Shown here in pieces: positions 38,266 through 48,291 of a stretch of 64,000 nucleotides of DNA. The notes under the pieces were generated by a model that did not search any database, was not told where the DNA came from, and saw only the letters and a program-made list of their open reading frames with translations. Source of the DNA: Candidatus Poribacteria bacterium (GTDB taxonomy: Bacteria; Poribacteria; WGA-4E; PCPOR2b); NCBI GenBank assembly GCA_965215015.1, contig OZ244042.1, positions 5,632,001-5,696,000 on the forward strand, in the 5' to 3' direction. Within the stretch, counting starts at the first letter, position 1. Every line of letters begins with the position of its first letter. A program made the translations under genes and the position numbers.

Positions 38266-39039
38266 ATGAGAAATCTATGGGATTTAGCGAGACAACCGAT
38301 TGTTATTGGAACGTTTGTATTGGCTTTGCTTATCGTCGTTGGCTCCTACATTGGAGGTCATTGGTACTACGGGGATATTGAACCTATCGACACACCAGAG
38401 TACTCACCGACCTTCACGCCACAGCCATCTGAAGCGGAGCCGGTTCCTCAAATCAACTTAGAGGGGTTAACAGTTTTACCAGTTGAATCCGACCCGCCAC
38501 CCATTGAATTAGATACAACAGTAACGTCCCCGGGAGCGGAATCGGTCGAGGATTTCTTAGCCGGTTTGTCGCCCGAGGAGATACAACTTTTGACTGAGGA
38601 GGTAGCGGAGGCACTCCCGCCCCCCGAATCTATACATGGCCTAGGTCCCTATCCAGAGATACCCCCGGATTATCCATATCAAAATATATGGGAGACCCTT
38701 GAAAGATACTATGACGATGGTCATGCGACAATAGAGCATGAGCTAATCCACCGGGTCCTCATTAAGCTATGGAATCAGGGGAAGAAGACAGAAAGTGCAG
38801 TCCTGTGTAGTAAGAATGGGCGGGTCTATCCACTTTACAGGGATACGGTCTATTTTACGCACGTAGAATATAAAAATGCGGATGGAACTAGTGAGGGGTC
38901 TAAAGGTCACTATCGTAGTCATTATTGCCTTGCCTCTTACGAGGAGGCGGTTATGGAAGGCACTCAACCGAGTTGGTTAAAGGTTATCTCGATTGAAGAT
39001 GGGGGGCTTGAGCCCTACTCATTTCTCGGTTTGGATTGA
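38266..39039 (+). CDS. Membrane-anchored hypothetical protein
   Basis: N-terminal TM helix, Pro/Glu linker, GLGPYPEIPPDYP motif. Confidence 0.8.
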   Translation: MRNLWDLARQPIVIGTFVLALLIVVGSYIGGHWYYGDIEPIDTPEYSPTFTPQPSEAEPVPQINLEGLTVLPVESDPPPIELDTTVTSPGAESVEDFLAGLSPEEIQLLTEEVAEALPPPESIHGLGPYPEIPPDYPYQNIWETLERYYDDGHATIEHELIHRVLIKLWNQGKKTESAVLCSKNGRVYPLYRDTVYFTHVEYKNADGTSEGSKGHYRSHYCLASYEEAVMEGTQPSWLKVISIEDGGLEPYSFLGLD

Positions 39040-39253
39040 AAAGCAGGGGACACTTGAACGATCCATGCTGGTGGGAACTGATGGACTGTTAGGAGTCTCC
39101 TAACAGTCGGTCTAGTTTGCTCTTCGTTTGGTGAATAGTTTCCCTATACGCTCTGCTATCCTTTGGCGGGGCGGTGGGAACTGGCTATGAGTTGGTGATT
39201 CTGTTAGGGCTGCTGGCTTGTTAGGAAGATTGTTAATGGCTTGGCTAACATCT

Positions 39254-39398
39254 AACTTCCATCAAACTCCCAACCCGAATGGGAAAAACAAAATACCCCC
39301 AACCTCGTAGGTGGGGCATCTTGCCCCATCTACCGTCTGAGCCCCTTATCTGTATCCGTGCCATCCGCTTCATCCGTTGAACCCATGATTCAGACAAT
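39254..39398. repeat. 145-bp direct repeat, copy 2
   Basis: Matches 36380-36524. Confidence 0.93.
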
Positions 39399-39461
39399 TA
39401 TTATAGGGGGTGAGGTTACGGCATACGGAGTATGCCTACTACTAACAACTTGGGTTATATT

Positions 39462-40454
39462 ATGCTTTCCAATCTTGCCACTGCTATTCAGCTATCCATC
39501 CGCCAGAACTACAACCTCACGATCGAATCTGCAACACCCGTCGGCACCGGCGCAATGAGCACAACAATGCGGCTTGCGACCAACGGAGGAGCATTGTTCC
39601 TGAAAATCTATAAGTCGGCGCGAGATCAGAGAACTCCTGCCCAACCTGACCTTCAGCGAATCGCTTTTACGCACACGGTCCAGAACTTTTTGCATCAGAA
39701 CGGTTTTTCTGTCCCTCGATTGCTACTGAATAGCAGAGGCGAAACCTTCAGTGTGTGCGACAGTCCTGTAGAAGCGAGGGAGGTGTATGCGTTGTCTGAA
39801 TTTATTGAAGGATCTGACTACAATCTTGCGAATTTGGATCAGCTGCGTGCGTCGGGTGAAATGCTTGGATGTTTACACCAGCAACTCCGTCAATTTCAAC
39901 CCCAAATTCGACTTGCCGGGCTGCCCTTAGAAACTGAGATCTTTATACAACTGAAAGAGCGTTTATCCCGCCTCCAACCCGTTGTGAAGACAGATCCGGT
40001 GTCATCGATCCCAATTGGTTCATGGATTCATGAGGTCAAGGTTCTGAGAAGCTCGATCGGTGACGATACCCAATACGAACAGGACTGGCTCATACACGGC
40101 GATTACCGCGCCCAAAATCTCAAGTTCGATGGCAGTGGTATTCGCGCAATCCTCGATTTGGATACCGCTTGTCCTGCGTCCCGTCTGTATGATTTGGGAT
40201 ATGCCCTGATGTTTTTCCCCGCCGTTTATCAAGATATCCCTCTAACGATGAATCAGCAATCCATATTTCTGGGGGCTTACGAAAGCATCTGCCCACTATC
40301 TGAAGCCGAAAGGGAGATGCTTCCCGTCCACCTGCGAATCGCCTTTCTGCGCGGGATGACGCTCTGGTTGGATTTGTACTATTTTGCCGGAATGAGCGAG
40401 CGGACACACCCATGGATTCAAGGTTATCTGCAACATACACAATCTCTGTTTTAA
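39462..40454 (+). CDS. APH/type II homoserine kinase-like phosphotransferase
   Basis: LFLKIY, IHGDYRAQNL, ILDLD, YDLG. Confidence 0.88.
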   Translation: MLSNLATAIQLSIRQNYNLTIESATPVGTGAMSTTMRLATNGGALFLKIYKSARDQRTPAQPDLQRIAFTHTVQNFLHQNGFSVPRLLLNSRGETFSVCDSPVEAREVYALSEFIEGSDYNLANLDQLRASGEMLGCLHQQLRQFQPQIRLAGLPLETEIFIQLKERLSRLQPVVKTDPVSSIPIGSWIHEVKVLRSSIGDDTQYEQDWLIHGDYRAQNLKFDGSGIRAILDLDTACPASRLYDLGYALMFFPAVYQDIPLTMNQQSIFLGAYESICPLSEAEREMLPVHLRIAFLRGMTLWLDLYYFAGMSERTHPWIQGYLQHTQSLF

Positions 40455-40617
40455 CCCCAACTTCATTGAATTCAGAAGCAGATCGAGAGAATTTCTGGGC
40501 GTCAACAGAGAATTTTATTTACATCCGCCCTGCTTTTGGTCTATAATAACCCCCGTGTGAGGTCGAGAGGCAATCCTTGACCGAAACAACATTTCATTCT
40601 TTAGGAGGAATACAATA

Positions 40618-40995
40618 ATGGCATACACTTTTCATCACGTTCATCTACGCTGTGAAGATGTTGAAGCCGCCGTTGCTTACTACGAAAAGATGCTTGATGG
40701 CAAAGTTACGGAGCGGGTAGAGGTACGCGGCTTGCCAATTGTTCGGATGGATATCGGTGGAGAGAAAATTTTCCTCTCGCCGAAATTTGGCGATATGGAA
40801 GTGGAACCGACCAGTGGAAATCCACGCTGGGGGGTTTATCAACTGGCGTTTGGGGTAGAAGACCTTGATGCTGCCCTTGCAGAGATGGAAGCAAAAGGGG
40901 CTGAAATTGAAGACGCTAAACCGTCTGGCTTGCCAATCGCTTTCGTCAAGGGACCGGATAACGTACAAATTGAACTCATTGAGGGGAGTGTCTAG
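40618..40995 (+). CDS. VOC/glyoxalase family protein
   Basis: FHHVHL, LAFGVEDL, GPDNVQIELIE. Confidence 0.92.
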   Translation: MAYTFHHVHLRCEDVEAAVAYYEKMLDGKVTERVEVRGLPIVRMDIGGEKIFLSPKFGDMEVEPTSGNPRWGVYQLAFGVEDLDAALAEMEAKGAEIEDAKPSGLPIAFVKGPDNVQIELIEGSV

Positions 40996-41178
40996 CTTTT
41001 GCGGGTTGATGAACCGTAGGGGCGTCATCACGCAGAAGGCAAACTTTTTCACATGAAAGATTCCAAAAGGAGAAAAGTTTGCCTTCCCCCACCCCCTACT
41101 TGAGATATACCGATGAGTAAATTGCCTTGAGAGACCTGATGGGAAACAGCAAATTTCTTGAAAGAAGGAGAGTCGCAA

Positions 41179-41787
41179 ATGAGATTGGAGTTGTACATCG
41201 CCGGCGTTTCTCAAGCGAGTCTCTTGGATTGGAGGGCGCAACTCTCGGAATACGCACAAGCAGCAGGGTTGGAAGTAGCACACTTCCCAATCCATGAGAC
41301 ACCGGAAGCTCTTCGAGAAAAGCTGCCTGTCGTTTTGGATGAACTCTGTTCAATCCCTGAGCAGCGGATTGAATTTCATGCAGCAGATGTAGATCAGTTG
41401 TGCACCTTTGCTTATACAAATTACCGGTGCCGTATGGATAGAGACTGGAATGCCTCCCTCTATTTCCCTTCAAAGGGTGCAATTTTCCTTCCATTCGATG
41501 AAACCACCCTTTCCAGACGGGTTGCCCACCTCTACTATCAGGAGGGGACATCGGACAAGGTTTATCACCTTTATCTTGCCCAATCGTTGACAGACGATTT
41601 CTACTCTGTCATCAGCCGCTACGGTCGTCGTGACGGAGGGCTTCAACAAACGGAGAAGGGGTTTGATTCCCACCTTCAGGCAGCTGAGAAAGAGTGGAAC
41701 CGACTGCATCACGACAAGCTCCAGAAGGGATATCAGATCGGATACCCGACCCCGCCCCAACAACTCACATTGGCTTTGTCTTTCTGA
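41179..41787 (+). CDS. WGR-domain protein
   Basis: EGTSDKVY...RYGR...DKLQKGY. Confidence 0.8.
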   Translation: MRLELYIAGVSQASLLDWRAQLSEYAQAAGLEVAHFPIHETPEALREKLPVVLDELCSIPEQRIEFHAADVDQLCTFAYTNYRCRMDRDWNASLYFPSKGAIFLPFDETTLSRRVAHLYYQEGTSDKVYHLYLAQSLTDDFYSVISRYGRRDGGLQQTEKGFDSHLQAAEKEWNRLHHDKLQKGYQIGYPTPPQQLTLALSF

Positions 41788-41789
41788 CT

Positions 41790-43466
41790 ATGAAATACAG
41801 CGAATTTTTCCATACAATTCAGGGCGAAGGCAAATTGATTGGCGTGCCCTCCGTTTTCTTTCGGACCAGTTACTGCAATCTGAGATGTGTGTGGTGTTCC
41901 GCGGTAGGAACGCGCGTTTTACGTTCAGATCTCAGATGGATGCCCATTGAAAACCTCAGTCCCGGCGATTGGGTGGTGGGTGCATTGCGCCAAGACAAAG
42001 GAGGACACCTGCAATTACAGCCAACTGAGGTTGTCGAAACCTTGGTCCGCCGAACCCCCACGGTTCGTTTCTTAACGGAAGATGGAATACAGCTCGCCTG
42101 TTCAGCAGATCACCTATTATATCAAGTAGCAACTCGAACTCAGGATAGTTCTAAAATTCACGTTGGCTGGAGAAAGGCGAGAAACCTCAGTGCAGGTGAA
42201 GCAGTTCGTTGTATACTCCCACCCGAAGAGCCACAATTGGACGTGGAGGCGTATGAAAGAGGTTGGCTATGTGGAGTGGTAGAGGGGACCGGCTGCTTTT
42301 GGAGTGTACAAAAAGGGAATAAAAGTTACCGCCGATTTCGACTCACTTTATCGAACCTTTCACTATTGGAACAATTCCATCTATTTGCCAAACGTGCGGG
42401 TTACCGTCTACATTTTGCCCCACATCAGTATTGTGGATTCAAAGGATATAGTGTGATGGAGGCGTTATACCTGACAGAATCCCAAAGTGCCGAATCCTTT
42501 GAGCGATGGTTGACAGCACACCCACAAGACCCAAGTTACTATCGTGGCTGGTTAGGAGGCTTTTTTGATGCGGGAGGTAGTTATACTGGTACAATTCACC
42601 TTGATCAGAAGGAGGGAATAGTTAAACAAAAGGCGATCGACTTTGCAACGAAACTAGGATTTCAGCCAACTAGCGAATCCCGTGGAATTAGATTGGGTGG
42701 AACGACCCCTGAGGTTCTAAGGTTTTATTCACTATGTCAACCCCAATCTCCCAACAAGTGGAATTTTTGGGGCATTTCTAGTCAGGCGCGTCAACATATT
42801 GTTGATGTAGAACACACTGCCGCCGAAGAGGTGATTTCCCTCAAGACCGCATCCGGCACTTATGTTAGCGAGGGGATACTTTCCCACAACTGCGATACCC
42901 CTTTCACCTCTTGGAATCCAGAGAATAAGGACATCACCCTCACGGAAGCGGTCGAAACTATCACAAAATACGATTGTAAGCATGTTGTCATCACAGGGGG
43001 TGAACCGTTTATCCAAGTCAAGGAATTGACCGAGCTCTGCCGAGAGCTTGATCAACGTGGTCATCACATTACGATCGAGACGAATGGGACCATTTTTGCA
43101 CCTGTGGCGGCACATCTCATCTCTATGAGTCCCAAGCTACGAAACTCCAATCCGCCCAGTGCCAATCGCTTTTTTCAAAGACATGAGCGCGGACGCATCT
43201 GCCCCGATGTCATCCGGCAATTCCTGGATCGGTACGAGTGTCAGGTCAAGTTTGTTGTTGACCAACCTGCAGATCTTGAAGAGGTTCAGACGCTACAGAC
43301 AGAAATTTCCATCCCCGCAGAAACAATTGTGCTGATGCCCCAAGGCATAACCCCCGAAGAATTGGCACCTAAACAGGAGTGGCTTGTGGACATCTGTAAG
43401 GAGCACGGATATCGCTATTCACCGCGGGTTCACGTTGATATTTGGGGAGATAAACGGGGGGTGTAA
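41790..43466 (+). CDS. queE: 7-carboxy-7-deazaguanine synthase, intein-containing
   Basis: EFFHTIQGEG..G.PSVFFR..CNLRCVW|intein|CDT, VITGGEP, IETNGT, SPK, SPRVH. Confidence 0.92.
   Translation: MKYSEFFHTIQGEGKLIGVPSVFFRTSYCNLRCVWCSAVGTRVLRSDLRWMPIENLSPGDWVVGALRQDKGGHLQLQPTEVVETLVRRTPTVRFLTEDGIQLACSADHLLYQVATRTQDSSKIHVGWRKARNLSAGEAVRCILPPEEPQLDVEAYERGWLCGVVEGTGCFWSVQKGNKSYRRFRLTLSNLSLLEQFHLFAKRAGYRLHFAPHQYCGFKGYSVMEALYLTESQSAESFERWLTAHPQDPSYYRGWLGGFFDAGGSYTGTIHLDQKEGIVKQKAIDFATKLGFQPTSESRGIRLGGTTPEVLRFYSLCQPQSPNKWNFWGISSQARQHIVDVEHTAAEEVISLKTASGTYVSEGILSHNCDTPFTSWNPENKDITLTEAVETITKYDCKHVVITGGEPFIQVKELTELCRELDQRGHHITIETNGTIFAPVAAHLISMSPKLRNSNPPSANRFFQRHERGRICPDVIRQFLDRYECQVKFVVDQPADLEEVQTLQTEISIPAETIVLMPQGITPEELAPKQEWLVDICKEHGYRYSPRVHVDIWGDKRGV
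41895..42890 (+). mobile_element. 332-aa intein with degenerate LAGLIDADG endonuclease
   Basis: Starts CSAVGTRV, block B CSADH, ends GILSHN|C; LCGVVEGTG and LGGFFDAGG motifs. Confidence 0.92.
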
Positions 43467-43540
43467 TACTAGTCTACCGCCGATTTCAGAAACATGGCGA
43501 TGAAGCGAAAATACAAGAAGAATAATGGGGAACAATCTCA

Positions 43541-44656
43541 ATGAAATACGACATACTGCTCAAAGGTGGGACCGTTATTGACCCCGCACAGAAATTACAT
43601 GACCGGCGAGATATCGCAATTGCCGATGGAAAGATTGCGGCAATTGAGGATGATATTTCTGCAAGAGAGGCAACGCAAACCGTCTTCGTTGATGGAAAGT
43701 ATGTGACCCCTGGCTTAGTGGACATCCACGCTCATGTCTACGCAGGTGTTACGACATGGGGGGTTAAAGCGGATCCGGTCTGCACAACGACCGGTGTCAC
43801 AACAATCGTTGATGCCGGTAGCCCAAGTTGGGCGACATTCCCCGGCTTTCGGGAGTATATTGCACAGCCGGCGCAAACGCACATATTAACCTATATCCAT
43901 ATCTCTGGCATCGGTCTCGTCTATGGGCCCGTTGGCGAGATGCACGAGCTTGAATACGCCCATCCAGAGAAGGTCGCTGACACACTCATGCAGAATCGTG
44001 ACATCACCGTCGGCGTTAAAGTGCGTCAGGGCAAATCCCAAGTCGGTGATAATGGCGTTGAACCGTTGAAGTTGGCGATCAAAGCCGCTCAAATTGCCGA
44101 CACTTCTGTCATGGTGCATATCGGGACCGGTGTGCCGCTTCCCGATGTTCTAAAACTGATGCGCCCCGGCGATGTCGTCACTCACTGCTTTCAAGGAAAC
44201 GGTGACTGTATCGTTGATGATAACGGACGGGTTATCCCGGATGCGTGGGCAGCTCGCGAAGATGGAGTTATCTTCGATGTCGGTCATGGCGGCGGGAGTT
44301 TTAATTACGAGGTTGCCCAACGTGCAATGGAGCAGGGATTCATCTCTGACGTCATCAGTACAGACCTGCACTCCGGCAATATCAACGGTCCTGTCTACGA
44401 CCTCCCGACAACGTTATCAAAATTCTTAAATCTTGGGCTTTCGCTTGAGGAGGTCATTGAAAAATCGACGATTGCTGCGGCAAGGGCAGTTGGGCGTGAG
44501 GACGAACTCGGTCATCTCAAAATCGGGACGATTGCCGATATCGCTGCTTTTGATGTCATTGAAGGTGAATTTGAGCTTTTCGATACACACGGTACGATGG
44601 TTATCGCCAACCGGAAGCTGCAAACAGACTTAACGATCCGTGAGGGAAAGTTGTGA
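43541..44656 (+). CDS. Amidohydrolase/dihydroorotase-like metallohydrolase
   Basis: PGLVDIHAH, VDAGS, GVKVR, MVH, THC, DVGHG, ISTD. Confidence 0.9.
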   Translation: MKYDILLKGGTVIDPAQKLHDRRDIAIADGKIAAIEDDISAREATQTVFVDGKYVTPGLVDIHAHVYAGVTTWGVKADPVCTTTGVTTIVDAGSPSWATFPGFREYIAQPAQTHILTYIHISGIGLVYGPVGEMHELEYAHPEKVADTLMQNRDITVGVKVRQGKSQVGDNGVEPLKLAIKAAQIADTSVMVHIGTGVPLPDVLKLMRPGDVVTHCFQGNGDCIVDDNGRVIPDAWAAREDGVIFDVGHGGGSFNYEVAQRAMEQGFISDVISTDLHSGNINGPVYDLPTTLSKFLNLGLSLEEVIEKSTIAAARAVGREDELGHLKIGTIADIAAFDVIEGEFELFDTHGTMVIANRKLQTDLTIREGKL

Positions 44657-45072
44657 CAATGGTGCAGAGGAAAGGTTGTTATCGGCGCGTTGTGACGACC
44701 GGGCTAACTGTTGTAATCATCATTGCCGGGGTCGGGGTTTTACTTTATCAAAGGTTGGGCGGCCCGGAAGGGGCGCGATATTGGATCGCGGAACGGGCCT
44801 TAAACGCTGTCGAAGCGCACCTATTGACGAAAGCCCCGGATGGCAACTGGCTACGGAAACCGGATGGTGTCTCCGCCAAGGAAATCCGCTCTCAGTTTGA
44901 GCGCGTCCGAAAAGCGACCGTAGACCGTCAGACGGATTTGATACGACTGAATCAGATTCTTAGAGACTACCTATCCAAGTTTCAGCACACACAGCCAGCG
45001 ACAAGCGAAGTCATTGAATTTCTGAACGCTATTGAAGGGACAATTATATCCAAAGCAAGCGTGGGGGGCTAA
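44653..45072 (+). CDS. Hypothetical membrane protein
   Basis: 139-aa ORF overlapping the upstream stop; one TM helix. Confidence 0.7.
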   Translation: MTMVQRKGCYRRVVTTGLTVVIIIAGVGVLLYQRLGGPEGARYWIAERALNAVEAHLLTKAPDGNWLRKPDGVSAKEIRSQFERVRKATVDRQTDLIRLNQILRDYLSKFQHTQPATSEVIEFLNAIEGTIISKASVGG

Positions 45073-45114
45073 CCGGGGATAAAAACTCTGATGGATTATG
45101 TTTCGTAATCAACA

Positions 45115-46407
45115 TCAGGCTGCAGCACGAATATTCGCACGTGTGCCATCTACATCAAAGCAAGCAAACTGATTGTCTCGCATTAGGCGTGTAGCAATCT
45201 GCATCGCCTGTTTTTCGTTCATATATCCCTCCACAATCTCTCCTTCAAGGGTGCGGCGAATCTCGTTACGCGCTTGAATCGCGTAAGCCATTGAACTAGT
45301 GGGCCAACCCGTGTCTCCGCCAAAGGCAAATATCTTATTCAATGGAACCGCGTGGATGAACCGACGTAGGAAGTCCCGGGAGCTATACGGATCTATACTC
45401 CATGCCCAACAAAGATCGACCCAGATATTACGATAGTGCTTCGCTAGGGCGACCAGCTCATCGTTATAGGGATAGGCGATGTGCATCAGGACAAACTTGG
45501 CATCCAGGTAGCGGGCAAAGAGCGCACACATATTCCCAGCGGGGATTCGACGCACCGGCATTCGGTCATTTCCCGCGTAGTAGCCTGTGTGAATTTTGAA
45601 TGGAAGGTTATGTTTGATCGACAATTCGACCCCACGCGCCCAACACCAATCGCCTAAGCAGAGGTAGGTTTCAACGCTCAGCTCCGCTGCGGGTTGGGTT
45701 AGCACCCGGTTGAGTGCAGCTGACGCCTCGACATCGTTCCGTTCGATCCAGTTGAGGGTTCGGTTATAGGCGTGCTGCGCCTTCACCGCAATAGCGCATG
45801 GCGCATACTTCTCGAAAATTGCCTCCATCCCCTCTTTCAGCGTCCGGAGATCCTTCACCTCAATACCTGTCTCAGCGTGGATCTGTTCCGTGTTGATTTG
45901 TCCATTGCAAAAACCAGCCCACGAGAGGTCGTAGAGAAAGAAGTCCAGCCCGGAGTGATCGGGTAAGCAGGGCCAACTGAAATCGTCAGTCTGCACATGG
46001 TCTAGATTCGCTACGTCGTGCAGTAGGCGATAACGTTCACCGGGCTTGCGCAGCACTTTAATTTTTTCACTCGCCATTTCTAAGGCTTCTCCAGTGAGTT
46101 CGTCTATTCCGTAGACGTGCTCTGCAATGAGGCGCACCGCCTCGCCGTATCCAGTGAATTGCGTCGCTTCCCACGCCTCCTGAATTCCCTTGAAACGTCC
46201 GACAATATCCGGGTCTGAAGCGTCCATCAAGCGTTGCATTGCATCCGGCGATGCCCCTGCTGTGTTAAGGTCTGCGGGAACATAATTCCCAAATAGGTCC
46301 TGTAAGATGTCAGGACCGTTTTCCAACCAATCCGGTTCTTTTCGCAGATGTTCATGCGTGTCAACCAGAGGGGTCGCTTGGATGTGGTGTACAAGATCTG
46401 TCGGCAT
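45115..46407 (-). CDS. Amidohydrolase_2 family protein
   Basis: DTHEH, KIHTG, LMHIAYP, FGGD. Confidence 0.88.
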   Translation of the reverse strand: MPTDLVHHIQATPLVDTHEHLRKEPDWLENGPDILQDLFGNYVPADLNTAGASPDAMQRLMDASDPDIVGRFKGIQEAWEATQFTGYGEAVRLIAEHVYGIDELTGEALEMASEKIKVLRKPGERYRLLHDVANLDHVQTDDFSWPCLPDHSGLDFFLYDLSWAGFCNGQINTEQIHAETGIEVKDLRTLKEGMEAIFEKYAPCAIAVKAQHAYNRTLNWIERNDVEASAALNRVLTQPAAELSVETYLCLGDWCWARGVELSIKHNLPFKIHTGYYAGNDRMPVRRIPAGNMCALFARYLDAKFVLMHIAYPYNDELVALAKHYRNIWVDLCWAWSIDPYSSRDFLRRFIHAVPLNKIFAFGGDTGWPTSSMAYAIQARNEIRRTLEGEIVEGYMNEKQAMQIATRLMRDNQFACFDVDGTRANIRAAA

Positions 46408-46582
46408 ATTTCTAGTCCTTTCTGACTTTGAATCGTGATATAATCATCGCGGAATTTGGTATTAATTGTTAGTTTAACGTAGGTTGCTAATAGTAAGTAT
46501 ACTCCGTATGCCGTAACCTCTTCGGTTAGTTTAACAGAGCTTCGGTTTTTACTCAAGAGATTTATAAAAGGAGGTGTGAGTT

Positions 46583-47401
46583 ATGGATTATGAAACAACG
46601 CAGACACAGGCTGCTACAATGGAGATTGGACTGCTTATCGGCAGCCTAGACCGACTGGAGGATGTCGCAGCGTGGGGCTATGACTACGCCGAAATCTCTC
46701 CCAGTCTCCTAGGAATTGACGAAGAAGCTGGGACTATCCAACAAAAAGTTCTCGAACGAATTGAGGCATCGCCGGTGCCTGTTGCGGCAATGTGCGGCTT
46801 TTTGGCTCGGTCAAAAGTGGTTGGCCCGGCGGTTGATAACACACAAGTGCGCGATTATGTCATACGCCTGTTCGACGCGATGCAGCAGACTGGGGTCTCA
46901 GTGATCGGCTACGGCAGCGGCGGATCTCGTTTCGTCCCTGACGGATTTTCTCGGGACCGGGCATGGGCACAGGTGAATGACTTCCTCCAGATGTGCGCTG
47001 ACTTGGGTGAACCACGCGGGGTACAGGTCGCCCTTGAGCCGTATAATTACGACGACGCGAACCTAATCAATACGGTTCCAGAGGGGGTTGAGATGGTTCG
47101 GAAAGTCAACCGCCCCGGTATCCAGTTGATGGCGGATTTCTTTCACATGCGGCTGAACAGTGAGTCATTCGATACGCTCGCAACCGCAGGCCCCCACCTG
47201 ATTCACGCACATATTGCCGAGCCGGGACGGGGGCACCCGCAAACAACCTCAGTGGAGCACGCAGCATATCTCCAAGCATTGTATGAGGTTGGGTACTATG
47301 GGCGCGTGACACAGACCGGTGAACTACCCGCTTACGATTCACCCGAGGAAGCTGCTGCAACACTCAAACGGTTCGCTTGTCAAGGAGGGGAGAAGAAATG
47401 A
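46583..47401 (+). CDS. Sugar phosphate isomerase/epimerase (xylose isomerase-like TIM barrel)
   Basis: GSGGSR, LEP, DFFHM, HAHIAE. Confidence 0.88.
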   Translation: MDYETTQTQAATMEIGLLIGSLDRLEDVAAWGYDYAEISPSLLGIDEEAGTIQQKVLERIEASPVPVAAMCGFLARSKVVGPAVDNTQVRDYVIRLFDAMQQTGVSVIGYGSGGSRFVPDGFSRDRAWAQVNDFLQMCADLGEPRGVQVALEPYNYDDANLINTVPEGVEMVRKVNRPGIQLMADFFHMRLNSESFDTLATAGPHLIHAHIAEPGRGHPQTTSVEHAAYLQALYEVGYYGRVTQTGELPAYDSPEEAAATLKRFACQGGEKK

Positions 47402-48096
47402 CAGTACCGACTTTCCACTACAACCGCATCGTTGACCTTTCACGTCCATTGGTTCCGAGTGAGGGGCAGCATCCGTGGGTTCGGTTTGAGACACGGATTG
47501 ATAGCATCGTCAGCGATCCCGAAACCGCCCCAGCGTCAGGTCGTTGGTATGTGGTGACACAGATTGGGATGAGCGGTCATGCGGGCACCCATGTTGAAGC
47601 TCCCTTGCATGCAGTCCAGAACGGGGCCGCGGTTGGCGAGCTGCCGGTCGAGCAATTCTTTGGTGAGGCGGCTATCCTAGACCTCAGTGATGTACCTTGG
47701 TCAATGCCTATTGGGCGTCCACGCCTCGAGGAAGCGGCATCGCAAGCCGGGGGTATCCGGGCGGGTGATATTGTTTTTATCTATTTTGGTTGGGATCGTC
47801 GTACTGAAACTGAAAGCGGGGGACCGCCCTATCCCACGCCTGATGCACTCCAATGGTTAGTCAATTCGGGGATAAAATTAATCGGCATCGACAGCCCTGG
47901 ACTGGAGGTGCCGGGCAATCGCGAACTGATTAACCACCACATTTTGTTTGACCGGGGAATCCCGTTAATCGAGAGTCTCGCTCATTTAGAAGATCTCCGC
48001 GAAAGTCGTGTGTACGTTTTCGCGCAACCGCTGCCCGTCCTTGAAACGGACGCTATACCGCTGCGTGTACTGGCATTCGAGAGGACATCCGAATAA
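47398..48096 (+). CDS. Cyclase family (kynurenine formamidase-like) protein
   Basis: HAGTHVEAPLH, GIDSP, IESL. Confidence 0.9.
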   Translation: MTVPTFHYNRIVDLSRPLVPSEGQHPWVRFETRIDSIVSDPETAPASGRWYVVTQIGMSGHAGTHVEAPLHAVQNGAAVGELPVEQFFGEAAILDLSDVPWSMPIGRPRLEEAASQAGGIRAGDIVFIYFGWDRRTETESGGPPYPTPDALQWLVNSGIKLIGIDSPGLEVPGNRELINHHILFDRGIPLIESLAHLEDLRESRVYVFAQPLPVLETDAIPLRVLAFERTSE

Positions 48097-48198
48097 TAGC
48101 CAGGCTCATAATAAAAAGAAAGTGCAAGGCGCAAAGAGCCCCCGCGTTTTTTTCGGCAAAGCTCGGGGTCTGTTGCACAATTTCGTAACATGAGCCAA

Positions 48199-48263
48199 AC
48201 AATTTTGCCCGGAAGGGGGCTCGTGACGAGCCAAAGACTTGTCACAAGCATAAACATCCGCAT
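48199..48263 (-). pseudogene. Truncated third start of the TolB-like gene
   Basis: MRMFMLVTSLWLVTSPLPGKIV matches the N-terminus of the two full copies, then identity stops. Confidence 0.7.
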
Positions 48264-48291
48264 AGTAACACCTCAGTTAGGGGGCCCGTCC

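Noticed and set aside
41000-41178. preQ1 riboswitch upstream of the queE operon
   Set aside because: Only a GAAGGCAAACTTTT/AAAAGTTTGCCTTC inverted repeat; no preQ1 consensus seen
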